Assembly (NCBI GenBank): GCA_965246985.1
Contig: OZ251998.1
Location: 4,191,381 to 4,255,380, forward strand
Source: Candidatus Poribacteria bacterium
GTDB taxonomy: Bacteria; Poribacteria; WGA-4E; WGA-3G
Direction of reading: 5' to 3'
DNA: 64,000 nt
Below the pieces are notes generated by a model that did not search any database, was not told the origin of the DNA, and was given only the letters and a program-made list of their open reading frames with translations. Both the position numbers and the translations under genes were made by a program. This document shows positions 27,992-38,105 of this stretch, one piece after another (position 1 is the first letter of the stretch; every line of letters starts with the position of its first letter).

Positions 27992-28681
27992 TTATATAGC
28001 ATCTATAATATACGAAATTCCTATGCCGATGAAACCGATTCCACAGATGACCAGAACTGGTACGACTAACCTAACTTTACCATGAACCACTTTCCGTGTG
28101 ATTAAAAGCGTCCACGCAATGATTGCACCACCGTTCAAAATTGCTGCCATCGCTTGTCCGGAACTGGTGAATATTTGAGGATCATTCTGACCAATCGACA
28201 GTATAATTGAGCAAACTCCATAGCCGACAGGGTACCCACTCGCCATAGCAAGGAAAATCACGCCAATACGCAACGAGAGAGTATCATGCGATACTTTCAG
28301 AATCACAATACCCCATATCAAGACTGCCAGATTTGCTAACACTGATGCCACTCCAAGCATCCAGTCATTTGCTATAGACATCTTGTTCCCGGAGAACAGA
28401 ACCTCTATGATTGTCGCGACCCCCAATCCGCCAATGCCACTTCCTACTGCAACTAAGATAACGCTCGCAACAAACACAAGTGTGGTCCTGTTTTCACCGA
28501 ACAGGGGTAAAATACTGAAACCAATCCATGCACTGCTGATAAAAATCAATCCTAATGCTGTCGTTACCCCGCCTTCTGTTCCAAGAGTGGTCGGAAGGAA
28601 CGCGAAAGCAAGGAGAACTACGGTGTATCCCCGTATTGCATCCCATGAAAACTGAGTATTCTTTGAAGGCTGATTAGACAT
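27992..28681 (-). CDS. uncharacterised 7-TM integral membrane protein, paralog 3 of 3
   Basis: 229 aa. FSWDAIRG, FGENRTTLVF, LNGGAIIAWTLLITRK. Confidence 0.6.
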   Translation of the reverse strand: MSNQPSKNTQFSWDAIRGYTVVLLAFAFLPTTLGTEGGVTTALGLIFISSAWIGFSILPLFGENRTTLVFVASVILVAVGSGIGGLGVATIIEVLFSGNKMSIANDWMLGVASVLANLAVLIWGIVILKVSHDTLSLRIGVIFLAMASGYPVGYGVCSIILSIGQNDPQIFTSSGQAMAAILNGGAIIAWTLLITRKVVHGKVRLVVPVLVICGIGFIGIGISYIIDAI

Positions 28682-29239
28682 GCTGACTCCTTTCTCGAAG
28701 ATATTATATCACAAACTTTAGCAGCCAAACAGAAAAGTCTGCATGATTAGGATTATTTAGCACGAATCCTACACAGGTATGGAGACCACATCCAACAAAA
28801 CCATATTTATGGGACATGTTCTATAAAACCAAATCACACTGTAATTTTGTTAGCAAGTTTTGTGCCAATGCTGGTAAGAAAACGCAATATCTGCATCCAA
28901 ACCCCTGAAATCCGAAGGTGCCTTCACTGTGCCTCACCTTAAACACAGAGATACACTCAACTTCTCGAAAGAAGCTGCTGCATTCACCGCTTTCCAAAGA
29001 ATTACGACACTAAAAATATAAAACTCGCTTGCAGTCTACCTATTACTGTGCACACGCAAAAATTGTAAGATATACTGCAATAATTGTAGGCAATTTGCAA
29101 AAAATGAAGTATCAAGTGATGTTCGCTATCGGCATTTCTGTTTGGGTCATGAATCAAGAAAAAATGGGAGGGAATGCAACATGCGAACAGTTTTCCTATT
29201 ACAACGTTTCGCGGTTCACCAGCAATCCATAGCGAATGC

Positions 29240-29821
29240 CTATAACGGATTGACAAACTGTCTCACGAATATTAATCCGATGACGCAGACAATTGCTGTC
29301 AAGGTACGTTTTTCACTTTTGAGAGCGCGTGCGAAAGAAAAATCGTGGGTAGATGGATCAGGATAGGGACGGAACTGTGGAAGGAAACGAGGCACCTGCT
29401 CTCGGTATGTCTGATACACCGAACCGCAAGACTCTAACAGATACGCCTCTTCCACCGCAATAATGGGAAGGTATTGAAAAAAATAGCCGACAATCAGAAC
29501 TGCGACGAGCCAATAGACGTTTGCAACAAGACAGATCCCGATACTGAGCAGGAAATTGCCGAGATAGAGTGGGTTCCGGACGTAACTATACGGACCCGTC
29601 GTGACGAGGTCGCGTGCGGCACCGAGGGTTCTTGCACGCGTGGATGCCCCGGCATATCCGACTGCCCAGATCCTGAGAAATTCACCCGCAACAATAAACG
29701 GCACCCCCATAACTACCGTATGCCATGCAGGTTCAGCGAAATAGAACAGTGCCAAGATGAACGGAATCGGGGTAAAACTACGGATTTTGAAGAAGAAGTT
29801 ACCAATTTTTGAGGAGGTCAT
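29240..29821 (-). CDS. isoprenylcysteine carboxyl methyltransferase (ICMT/PEMT) family membrane protein
   Basis: VRNPLYLGNFLL signature and multiple TM helices. Confidence 0.7.
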   Translation of the reverse strand: MTSSKIGNFFFKIRSFTPIPFILALFYFAEPAWHTVVMGVPFIVAGEFLRIWAVGYAGASTRARTLGAARDLVTTGPYSYVRNPLYLGNFLLSIGICLVANVYWLVAVLIVGYFFQYLPIIAVEEAYLLESCGSVYQTYREQVPRFLPQFRPYPDPSTHDFSFARALKSEKRTLTAIVCVIGLIFVRQFVNPL

Positions 29822-29869
29822 GTTTTCCGCAACACGAAAGCGGCATATCTTGGCTGAAGGACGTTGATC

Positions 29870-30940
29870 CTATTTAGGCGTGCGCCAGATCAGGATGCTT
29901 CCCACGAGGGCGTACAAGATGTTCGCACCCCAACAGGCGAGAAACGGGTGGAGTTTGCCGTTTTCACTCAGCCCTTCAAGCGTCGCGAAGGAGAGTGCCC
30001 AGTAGATGAAAGAGAGGAAAAAGGCGATTACCAACCCAGCAAAAAATCCTGCCCTACCAAAGCGGATGGCAATTGGCGCGCCGAGCATCACGACGACAAC
30101 AGCCGCGAACGGGTAAGCCGTCTTATGATGCAACTTTACCTCCTCCTTGCGTGAAATTTGCCCCGCTTCCCGTTTATACGCGATTTGTTCACGGAGTTCC
30201 TTGATAGTCATTGCCCTTGGGTCCTTCTCACTCCCGATAAAACGGGCGGGGTCCTCATGACGTTCAATCGTATAGGTATCGAAAGTTTCGTAATCAACCT
30301 CAACGCTTTCCTCAAAGTGACGGATGTATCCATCGGTGAGTTCCCAGTGTGTGGGTGTCCACGTCGCAGATTTCGCAAAAGTTATGCGATCAAGCCTGTC
30401 TTCTGCATCATATTCATAAATCGTCAGCTGGCTGATTTTCTTGGCATCTAAGGCAATTCGCTGTGAGTAAAAGACGCGGTTGTTTTTGCCTCTGAAGACC
30501 ACGTTCCTGCCGCGCTTAGGTCTCACCTTATTTTGTAAGAGGTGTGCTTCATGGAAGGCAGGAGACGCAACCCGATTGTAAAAAACCGCGAAGAGTCCAC
30601 AGATAATGAGTGTCACGATTAGGATAGGGGCAAGGAGTCGGTAAACGCTTATGCCACCTGCCTTCATCGCTGTGAATTCGTTTCTTCTCACCATCTGTCC
30701 GAGGGTGAAAAAGACAGCGACAAAACCGGCAATTGGCACCATTTCCATAATCCGGCGGGGCGCTTGATACAAGACAATCTTGACAGCGGTGATGTAAGAG
30801 ATGTCGTCTTCAAATTTCTTGAGGTCGTAATCTAACAACCGCACGATGATAATCAGCGCAATAAAGAACAAAAGACCGACAACAAAAGCTTTGAGGTATT
30901 CGCGAAGCAGGTACCGGTCAAGAATATTCAAGGCGTGCAT
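29870..30940 (-). CDS. LptF/LptG-family (YjgP/YjgQ) LPS export permease
   Basis: 356 aa with an N-terminal 3-TM bundle, a periplasmic beta-jellyroll-like middle region and C-terminal TM helices. Adjacent to a second family member. Confidence 0.7.
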   Translation of the reverse strand: MHALNILDRYLLREYLKAFVVGLLFFIALIIIVRLLDYDLKKFEDDISYITAVKIVLYQAPRRIMEMVPIAGFVAVFFTLGQMVRRNEFTAMKAGGISVYRLLAPILIVTLIICGLFAVFYNRVASPAFHEAHLLQNKVRPKRGRNVVFRGKNNRVFYSQRIALDAKKISQLTIYEYDAEDRLDRITFAKSATWTPTHWELTDGYIRHFEESVEVDYETFDTYTIERHEDPARFIGSEKDPRAMTIKELREQIAYKREAGQISRKEEVKLHHKTAYPFAAVVVVMLGAPIAIRFGRAGFFAGLVIAFFLSFIYWALSFATLEGLSENGKLHPFLACWGANILYALVGSILIWRTPK

Positions 30941-31071
30941 CCTATATCAATATTTTTACAGTCTTGTGAGGTTGAAAGCTTCCGGTGCATATAGTGTGAT
31001 AACTCAGTTAAGATTCAGCTTTTCTACTAACGACCAGTGACAGACTACTGCTTAGTCAACTTTGAACTTGA

Positions 31072-31190
31072 GGGTAGGTTCGTAGTAGTGCGATTTTGCG
31101 GCGTACTCGCCCAAATGCGAAGTGCATTATCGCACTGCTTCGCAGTGAGAAAAACGGGCAATGAATGGTTTCCCTACTACGAACAGGATC
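31072..31190. repeat. repeat family C element with 11-bp terminal inverted repeats
   Basis: GTTCGTAGTAG ... CTACTACGAAC. The core GCGATTTTGCGGCGTACTCGCCCAAATGCGAAGTGCATTATCGCAC is shared with 26045-26110. It abuts the stop codon of the gene at 31193. Confidence 0.5.
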
Positions 31191-31192
31191 AC

Positions 31193-32428
31193 CTATAAAC
31201 TGAAACTTGACGAAGCACTACTGTCTCGGTCCCACCACGCATGGATCTTCCCTTCGGCAATGACCCAAAAGTTGAAGCCAATTCCGAACACACCGATCAC
31301 AATATTGGGTAGCCACATAGCAAATGCCGGCGGCAACATACCGTTCATGCCTGCGTTCTGACCAACTTGGAGCAGCAAATAGTACACCACAATTACGGCT
31401 AAACCGAGTCCAAAACCGAGCATTCTACCGCCCTTGTTCACCATCAACCCCAGTGGGATACCTATTACACCGAGTGCGAAGCATGCAAAAGGGATAGAAA
31501 ACTTTTTGTGGTATTCAACCTCGGCAGAGCGAATTTTCTGGAGAATGTATTCCGGGTTTTTACTGTTTGGGACAGTGGACCTCAATGTTCCGATGAACGC
31601 CTTGAGTTGCGAAATGTACATTGAACGCGGGTTCTGGTTCTGAAATGCACTCCGTTCAAGATCTTCGGTCAACTGGAGGGCAAGTTGTTGTTGTTGAAAT
31701 TTTGTTACACGAAACCCGTCTAAATCACTGGTTGCGGGTTCATAAGTGAGCCCATCGTAAAGCGTGAGCATCGCCCTACCATTTTCAAAACCGAGGCTGG
31801 CTTCTTGTGCATCGCTGAATCGCGGGCGTCCACTCCAGATATTATCCCAGATTCTGACATTCAGCATGCGACCACTTTTTTTATCTGTAGATTCGTACAT
31901 CCAGAGTTTACCTTCAGTTTCCAACTCTTTCATGACGGTGGCTTCCTCTAAGACGAACGCGGGTTTGTGTCTGCGAATATCACGTTGGAGGGAAGCGTAA
32001 GCGAGGTTTGCCCGTGGTAGCGCATAGTCTATCAACCCAAGATCAACAACGCTCAGCACCACTGCGATCCCTAAAAGAGGGAGCATGAGTTGATGGAAAG
32101 CGATGCCGTGTGCCTTCATCGCGACAATCTCATTATCGGTAGAGAGCCTTCCGAGTGCAAGCAAAATCGCCACTAAAACCGCCATCGGCAGAGATAACAC
32201 AACCGTCGCTGGCATCACATAGATGAGCAGCTCAACAAGGTAGAGCGGACTGACCCCTTTCTGCACAAACAATTTCGTTAACCGAAACAGGTCATTGAAG
32301 ATGAGCATGAGGGTGAAGCAAATGAGTGCTACTATGAAAGGTGGAAAAAATTCTTTGAGTATATACCGTGCTAATATTCTCATATTTCTGATGTAGCCGT
32401 AAAGTTTTACTGTAAGATGCCTCAACAA
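31193..32428 (-). CDS. LptF/LptG-family (YjgP/YjgQ) LPS export permease
   Basis: 411 aa, same architecture as 29870-30940. The Ser-rich C-terminus ends exactly at the family-C repeat. Confidence 0.7.
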   Translation of the reverse strand: MLRHLTVKLYGYIRNMRILARYILKEFFPPFIVALICFTLMLIFNDLFRLTKLFVQKGVSPLYLVELLIYVMPATVVLSLPMAVLVAILLALGRLSTDNEIVAMKAHGIAFHQLMLPLLGIAVVLSVVDLGLIDYALPRANLAYASLQRDIRRHKPAFVLEEATVMKELETEGKLWMYESTDKKSGRMLNVRIWDNIWSGRPRFSDAQEASLGFENGRAMLTLYDGLTYEPATSDLDGFRVTKFQQQQLALQLTEDLERSAFQNQNPRSMYISQLKAFIGTLRSTVPNSKNPEYILQKIRSAEVEYHKKFSIPFACFALGVIGIPLGLMVNKGGRMLGFGLGLAVIVVYYLLLQVGQNAGMNGMLPPAFAMWLPNIVIGVFGIGFNFWVIAEGKIHAWWDRDSSASSSFSL

Positions 32429-32467
32429 TTTTATTGGCTTTACTATTATGGTACCGTAATCCTGCTT

Positions 32468-32538
32468 CTATTAGTTGATTTGTGCCGAAAAAACCTTCAC
32501 TGTTTTATTAGTTGATTTGCGCCGAAAAACCTTCATTT
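32468..32538. promoter_or_regulatory. two imperfect 32-bp direct repeats in a divergent promoter region
   Basis: CTATTAGTTGATTTGTGCCGAAAAAACCTTCAC and TTATTAGTTGATTTGCGCCGAAAAACCTTCAT separated by 5 bp, between the divergent genes 31193-32428 (-) and 32714-33217 (+). Confidence 0.35.
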
Positions 32539-32713
32539 TTTCGTAAGGTCCATAATTACGATACATTAGCACTCACGAAGACATCATGCTATCAAAGTAG
32601 AATCGTCGTTACATTACATTGCACGTATGGCTTTCCACAGAAGTTACAATCCCATCAGCAACCGAAATATAGGATTGCAAGTTAGTAGAAAACACTATAT
32701 TTAATTTGAAATT

Positions 32714-33217
32714 ATGTCTCAGAGATGTTATTATATCACTATGACACTTACGCTTGAATCAATTCAACTTACAGCCGACGATCTGAAGGATGTAGCGGCA
32801 CGCCATGCTTCTGCGCAAGAGCTCTATTCCCCAACAGCCCCAAAACCGCCTGTTGCACAATTCGGTCGGCGCGACAGATGGTGGTTAAACCATACGGCGG
32901 CGCAGCAGGTCGCTATTCATTACTGGTTCTTCGAGTCCCATGACGAAGCATGCACAGCAGCTGATGAAGGTAGACCTCGACTCTCAACAAAGACCGTGTC
33001 GAAATTTGGCGGACATGAATCTATCTATCAACCACCACCCAATGACGAACATGGACTTGGAAATGTGGTATGGCAGGCTGGTGCGAATTTCCTGTTCGTT
33101 CAACAGACCGTCGTTGTGCTGGTAGCGGAAATTGGAGGGCGAGTTTCTGAAGAAACGACCCTCCGCATTGCCCAAATGATCCATGAGAAAATCAACAGCG
33201 CAGTGCTATCAGGCTAA
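32714..33217 (+). CDS. hypothetical protein
   Basis: 167-aa ORF with no recognised motif. Start uncertain (alternative Met at MTLTLESI). Confidence 0.4.
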   Translation: MSQRCYYITMTLTLESIQLTADDLKDVAARHASAQELYSPTAPKPPVAQFGRRDRWWLNHTAAQQVAIHYWFFESHDEACTAADEGRPRLSTKTVSKFGGHESIYQPPPNDEHGLGNVVWQAGANFLFVQQTVVVLVAEIGGRVSEETTLRIAQMIHEKINSAVLSG

Positions 33218-33239
33218 GGGTTCGCAAATCCGACCCAAC

Positions 33240-34304
33240 CTAATAGTCTTGATACCATGTTGCGGACTGCTTGGCAACTTGAACGTTTTCGGGACCACCG
33301 AATTGGCGATGTTCAAACCACGGTAGCGCGTTTTCCGCTGCAGCGTTTGCGTTCTTGAAGTTCGTCGTCGCTTCGTTGTCAAGGAATTTCTGAACTGCGC
33401 CGGTATCAGGATAGTATTGGACAGCGTCTTTCCAGATGGCTCGCCCACAGAGGAAACCACTTGCCCCCGCACCGGCGGCGAGGTTGACGTTCTCAATGAA
33501 TTCCTCAATATCTACACCAGCACTTAAAATCACCCACGGTAACGTTGAAGCCTCGTCTAATTTCTGGCAGATTTCCTTCACCTCGGCGAGTTCATACGCT
33601 GATTCCCCTGCATAAAAACTGGCATTTCGATAATCCTCGGTGTATTTTAGGTCGGCGGGGAATTCCAATTTCAGGATGTCCACTTTGTAACTCGGATCTA
33701 TGAACTCCTCAACACTCCTAATAACAAGGTCAGGTTTCTGCTTTGCGAACCCAACACTTTTCGCCGTACCTTCGAGGGCGTAACTCACCAATTCTAACAG
33801 AAACGGCAGATCCTGTTTTTCACACTCGGCGCCAACATGGCGAACAAAGGCTTGCTGATGCTTGAGAGTTTCCGGGGAGGCATCGGGATGGTAGTAGGCA
33901 AGAAGTTTAATAGCATCTGCCCCAGCACGTTGTGCCTTCGCGATGGTCCAGTTTTCAATCGGATTGGAGAGACGTTCGTTCTCGCCAACGCCTTCGCTGA
34001 CATAGCCTGATTCTTCATACGCCAACAGCACAGCAACATCCCGCGGGATTTCGGTAATGGAATAGGGATGCCCGTAAATCGGATCGGTGAGAACCGCGGT
34101 GGCATTTGGGGAAAGGACTCGAGTAATTAAAGTTTTGAGTGCAGCGACATCTTCATATTGGACATCTGTTTTGTCCTTGTTCAACGCATCTGCGAGTGCT
34201 TGTACCATGGAGCCACGCTGATCAATCGCCATCATTTTAAAGCGCCCATTGGCATCAGCGAGTTTCATGATACCTCGCAATTTTCCAGAAGAAATATCGT
34301 TCAT
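33240..34304 (-). CDS. class I aldolase of the LacD/YihT family (tagatose-1,6-bisphosphate / sulfofructose-phosphate aldolase-like)
   Basis: MMAIDQRGSM motif typical of LacD-family Schiff-base aldolases. Confidence 0.6.
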   Translation of the reverse strand: MNDISSGKLRGIMKLADANGRFKMMAIDQRGSMVQALADALNKDKTDVQYEDVAALKTLITRVLSPNATAVLTDPIYGHPYSITEIPRDVAVLLAYEESGYVSEGVGENERLSNPIENWTIAKAQRAGADAIKLLAYYHPDASPETLKHQQAFVRHVGAECEKQDLPFLLELVSYALEGTAKSVGFAKQKPDLVIRSVEEFIDPSYKVDILKLEFPADLKYTEDYRNASFYAGESAYELAEVKEICQKLDEASTLPWVILSAGVDIEEFIENVNLAAGAGASGFLCGRAIWKDAVQYYPDTGAVQKFLDNEATTNFKNANAAAENALPWFEHRQFGGPENVQVAKQSATWYQDY

Positions 34305-34469
34305 TAACTGCTCCTTTTCAGTGGTTATCGGAAGAACGGTTGTCAGTCGTCGGTTGTCGGTTTTCAGTTAAGAGCAATATTGTGGTAGGTATGTTTGTTA
34401 TACCCGCCACAAGTCCGGCTACCGACAACTGTTAACTGATAACTGATAACCATTCCCTCTGACAACTAT

Positions 34470-35534
34470 TTAGTATTCACGTTCAACAAAAAAATGGATT
34501 AAAGATAAAAATACCTGCTTCGCCTGTCCATCACGGATGTGAGCAAAGTTATTTTTAAACCTTCCAGCGGCTTCGCGTAACAGTGCTTGAGACCGCTGCT
34601 GTGCGTACATAATAGATTTATATTTTCGCATCAACTGGAGTACACTCTCAACCTCTGCCTCCGTTTTCTCATCACGGGAACGTGCCATAATGTCAGTCAC
34701 ATGTTGTGCTTCGGCAGCGGTACAGGCGTTGATAAGGTGGATGAGAACGAGGGTGCGTTTGCCTTCACTAATATCACCAGCGATCTCTTTTCCATACCTA
34801 CCGACATCACCGATTAGATTCAGGACATCATCTTGAATCTGGAAAGCGACTCCGAGTTCTTTACCGAGTTCGACGAGTCCGTCTATTTCTACCTCACTCG
34901 CGCCGCCGATGATTGCACCGACACGGCATGGCGTGATGCAGGTATACCAAGCGGTCTTTTGTATACACATCGTCAGGTAGTCATCTTCGTCAAGATCCCA
35001 TCGATTATCGCTGACCCAACTCAATTCAATGTGTTGACCCTCAACGACTTGGTTACTGAGTTGTATGAATTCAGATAAAATTCGGAAGGCGAGTTCGTGT
35101 CCGAGAATCTCGGTGTTTCGGTGCAGCATTTCCCACATCTTGCAGTGAAGCGCATCACCGACGTTGATGGCCATCGGAATTCCGTGCTTTTGATGAAGGC
35201 ACGGCTCACCTCTACGGAGTTCGGATCCGTCTTCAATATCATCATGGATGAGGAGCCAATTCTGGAGGAGTTCAAGTGAAGCAGCAGTATTGACGGCGCG
35301 CTGTGGATCACCACCGAACGCCTCACACATAAGCATGCAGAGCGCAGGACGCAACCCTTTCGCGGCGCGGCGTGGGTAGTCTAACATCATCTGGTATAAT
35401 TGATGCACATCCGGGTGCTCATGAGCAGTCGGGAGAAAATCAAAGATACAGGCATCAACCTTACTTTTAATATCGCTGAGGTATGTAGTGACAAGGTGCT
35501 TTGTTGGTGAGAGGTCTTGTCCGGTTTTCTGCAT
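34470..35534 (-). CDS. polyprenyl diphosphate synthase (trans-isoprenyl diphosphate synthase family)
   Basis: First and second aspartate-rich motifs LIHDDIED and IQDDVLNLIGD. Confidence 0.85.
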   Translation of the reverse strand: MQKTGQDLSPTKHLVTTYLSDIKSKVDACIFDFLPTAHEHPDVHQLYQMMLDYPRRAAKGLRPALCMLMCEAFGGDPQRAVNTAASLELLQNWLLIHDDIEDGSELRRGEPCLHQKHGIPMAINVGDALHCKMWEMLHRNTEILGHELAFRILSEFIQLSNQVVEGQHIELSWVSDNRWDLDEDDYLTMCIQKTAWYTCITPCRVGAIIGGASEVEIDGLVELGKELGVAFQIQDDVLNLIGDVGRYGKEIAGDISEGKRTLVLIHLINACTAAEAQHVTDIMARSRDEKTEAEVESVLQLMRKYKSIMYAQQRSQALLREAAGRFKNNFAHIRDGQAKQVFLSLIHFFVEREY

Positions 35535-35722
35535 TGCTTCCCTTACATTTTGCGCCGTTCTCTTGGTTTACTCAGCCCTCCCTGTTTCCTCGGGTCCTTG
35601 AGCACAAACGCCAGACTTTATCAAGCGTCGGTTTACGGATCTTGCTTTAAAATTATACCACACGCTGCAGTGAAAATCAAATTTTTCAGTAAGCATTCCA
35701 ACCTTCTTCGTTCGCAACGCCT

Positions 35723-35959
35723 CTATGTTTCATCTAAATCGATCGCGACGAATCGGTATCCGAGGGGTTTTATCCGTTCAACCAAGGTTTCTCGCAATTG
35801 AAGGGCACGCGCAAATTGGGCATCCGAGACCTGTATCCGTAAGACAGGATCGTGGTCAAAGAGGGAAACATCTTTAATTTGGAATTCGTGGAGGATCTGT
35901 TCGATTTGCGTTAATGCTGCAGAACTGTCGTCTTGCAGCGGAGTGTTATCTTTTTCCAT
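35723..35959 (-). CDS. small hypothetical protein (79 aa), possibly a remnant resembling the C-terminal region of PP-loop (LarE/TIGR00268-type) ATPases
   Basis: ORF directly downstream of the SDR gene stop. The ...RIQVSDAQFARALQLRETLVERIKPLGYRFVAIDLDE resemblance is from memory only. Confidence 0.25.
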   Translation of the reverse strand: MEKDNTPLQDDSSAALTQIEQILHEFQIKDVSLFDHDPVLRIQVSDAQFARALQLRETLVERIKPLGYRFVAIDLDET

Positions 35960-35960
35960 C

Positions 35961-36767
35961 TTAAGAACGCCGCCTCCAGTCGCTACCCGCCATGAACCCA
36001 CCATCAACAAAGACCATCTGCCCCGTAACAAAGTCCGAAGCATTAGATGCGAAGAAGATTGTCAAGCCTGCCAAGTCTTCAGGCTCGCCCCACCGATAGG
36101 CGGGTGTCCGATTGAGAATCCATTCATTTCGATTGTCCTCACGTGCCGGAGCAGTCATCTCTGTTCTGATGAAACCGGGTGCGATGCCATTCACTTGAAT
36201 GTTGTGTTCCGCCCATTCTACGGCGAGAAGTTTTGTTAATTGGAGCAGCCCACCCTTCGCTGCTGTGTAGGCGACACTCGTCGGCAGCCCGATCGCTGAG
36301 GTAAGCGACAAAGTATTGATGACCTTGCCTGACTTCTGCTCTTTCATAACATTGCCACAGGCTTTTGCGAGAAAGAACGCGCCTTTTAGATTGACATCTG
36401 TGACGAAATCCCAATCCGCTTCGGTGAATTCCAGTGCTTCGTTGCGGACATTGACCCCGGCGTTGTTGACGAGTACATCCAGTCTACCGAAAGTTTCCAC
36501 AGTCTGTGCAACAAGTGCATCAATTTCTGAAAGATTGCTGACATCCGCTTGAATTGGGAGGATCGTCCTACCGGTTTCGTTAGCAATCCGTTCAGCGATG
36601 GGTGTCAGCGTCTCTATTTCTCTACCTGCAATGACGAGTTCGGAACCTGCGCCTGCAAGCCCCTCCGCCATGGCAAGCCCAATGCCACGACTTGCCCCAC
36701 TAACGAGGCTCACCTTACCGTCCAATTGAAATTGCTGGATCATCCCAGTAGCAGATTTCTGATTCAT
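35961..36767 (-). CDS. SDR-family oxidoreductase (gluconate 5-dehydrogenase-like)
   Basis: GASRGIGLAMAEGLAGAG Rossmann motif and YTAAK catalytic motif. Confidence 0.8.
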   Translation of the reverse strand: MNQKSATGMIQQFQLDGKVSLVSGASRGIGLAMAEGLAGAGSELVIAGREIETLTPIAERIANETGRTILPIQADVSNLSEIDALVAQTVETFGRLDVLVNNAGVNVRNEALEFTEADWDFVTDVNLKGAFFLAKACGNVMKEQKSGKVINTLSLTSAIGLPTSVAYTAAKGGLLQLTKLLAVEWAEHNIQVNGIAPGFIRTEMTAPAREDNRNEWILNRTPAYRWGEPEDLAGLTIFFASNASDFVTGQMVFVDGGFMAGSDWRRRS

Positions 36768-36792
36768 ATTTCGACTCCAATCTCAAGATTGA

Positions 36793-37992
36793 TTACTCGG
36801 TTGGACTATCTTGTTTTACATATTGGTGCAATAGGTCCGTACCAATCACCTTTATTTTCCCGTTGTGCTCCTCTGCAAGAGAAACAAGTAGTTTCGCACC
36901 AGGTGAACGTTTTATGTCAATCTCAAGCGCAACGACATAGATAATAGCGTTATTGACATTCTTTTCCCGCACTCTTTCAAGAATTACGTCTTTATTGACT
37001 TCAATAGCGGAACCGGCATGGGCAGTGGGGAGTCCATCTGTTATTAAAACAATAATAGAGGGATCCAGGTCTAACGCGACTTCAAGTGCGGTGAGAACAT
37101 TCGTGTTCTTATTTCCGATAATGCTCTCAGGTGTGAATTTATCAAGGTATTTCAAGGTGCGTTCCATACTTGCAGCATTCGCGGGTAGCATCTTCTGGCT
37201 CATTGCTCTTGCCGTTTTAGAGAACGTTACCAAGTTCAAGGTGTCTTCACTTCCAAGCATTAACACAGAATCTTTGAGAGAATTAACAGCAAGAAAAAGT
37301 TTTCTCAGTCCCGCTGCCTGCATACTTGCTGAAACATCAAGACAGTACACAACATCTTTGGGACCGCCGAATTCATTGAGGAAATCGATCATACCGAGTC
37401 GGTCAGAGATACCAGACTTTCCACCACCACCGAGGAGTCCATCACCGCCACCCTGTCCGTCTCCACGGAATCGCCCCATTCCGTCACCCTTTGCACGGAC
37501 TCTGCCGGTAACGATACCACGTCCATCGGTTCGTCCGGGTTGTGCAATTAACCTGCTGAGGTTTGAGGCTTCCGCATCGCGCAATTTGGCATCTGTCATG
37601 ACATCAGGGACAATCTCACTCAAGGGGGCTTTGTTGGCTTCCACGTCTTCAAGGACAACGCGCGGGCTAAGCTTGATCACTTCATCCATCTTGTTCCGAG
37701 CAGTTTCAATCTTCTTGTCCATTGCATCTCTGGCGAGTTGCTGGCTGGGATCATACATTTTTTTCGTGAGCGGCGGTTTAGGTTTCTGCTTTCGCTTCTT
37801 AGGTGCCTCCGGATCGTTAAGCAAATCAACCGCAAGCGCATCCGTATCTTCCTGGACAAGTTGATTCATCGGAAGAAAGAGGTAGACGATAACAATAATC
37901 AAGTGTAAAATAAGGGATAGCAAAATGACAGACCGCATCCGATTTTTACGGCGTTGTGTATCAATCCGCCAATTAATGAGTTGATTTAACAC
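36793..37992 (-). CDS. membrane-anchored von Willebrand factor A domain protein
   Basis: N-terminal TM. Lys/Pro-rich and Gly-rich linkers. C-terminal vWA domain with a MIDAS-like DVSASM ... ITDG. Confidence 0.65.
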   Translation of the reverse strand: MLNQLINWRIDTQRRKNRMRSVILLSLILHLIIVIVYLFLPMNQLVQEDTDALAVDLLNDPEAPKKRKQKPKPPLTKKMYDPSQQLARDAMDKKIETARNKMDEVIKLSPRVVLEDVEANKAPLSEIVPDVMTDAKLRDAEASNLSRLIAQPGRTDGRGIVTGRVRAKGDGMGRFRGDGQGGGDGLLGGGGKSGISDRLGMIDFLNEFGGPKDVVYCLDVSASMQAAGLRKLFLAVNSLKDSVLMLGSEDTLNLVTFSKTARAMSQKMLPANAASMERTLKYLDKFTPESIIGNKNTNVLTALEVALDLDPSIIVLITDGLPTAHAGSAIEVNKDVILERVREKNVNNAIIYVVALEIDIKRSPGAKLLVSLAEEHNGKIKVIGTDLLHQYVKQDSPTE

Positions 37993-38039
37993 GGTTAAGT
38001 CCTCCCCATTTCGTTTCGCTTTTCACAGATATGTCCTAA

Positions 38040-38105
38040 TATAGTAAAGCCCGAAAATATGTTGACACTTTAGGAAACAACAACCCCTCCCTCGCTGGCG
38101 GGGTT
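38040..38105. repeat. MITE family A copy 2, left half (split by the IS630 insertion)
   Basis: TATAGTAAAGCCCGAAAATATGTTGACACTTTAGG...CGCTGGCGGGGTT. The matching right half is at 39351-39400 (AACCCCGCC...GTGCTTTACTATAATA). Confidence 0.6.
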
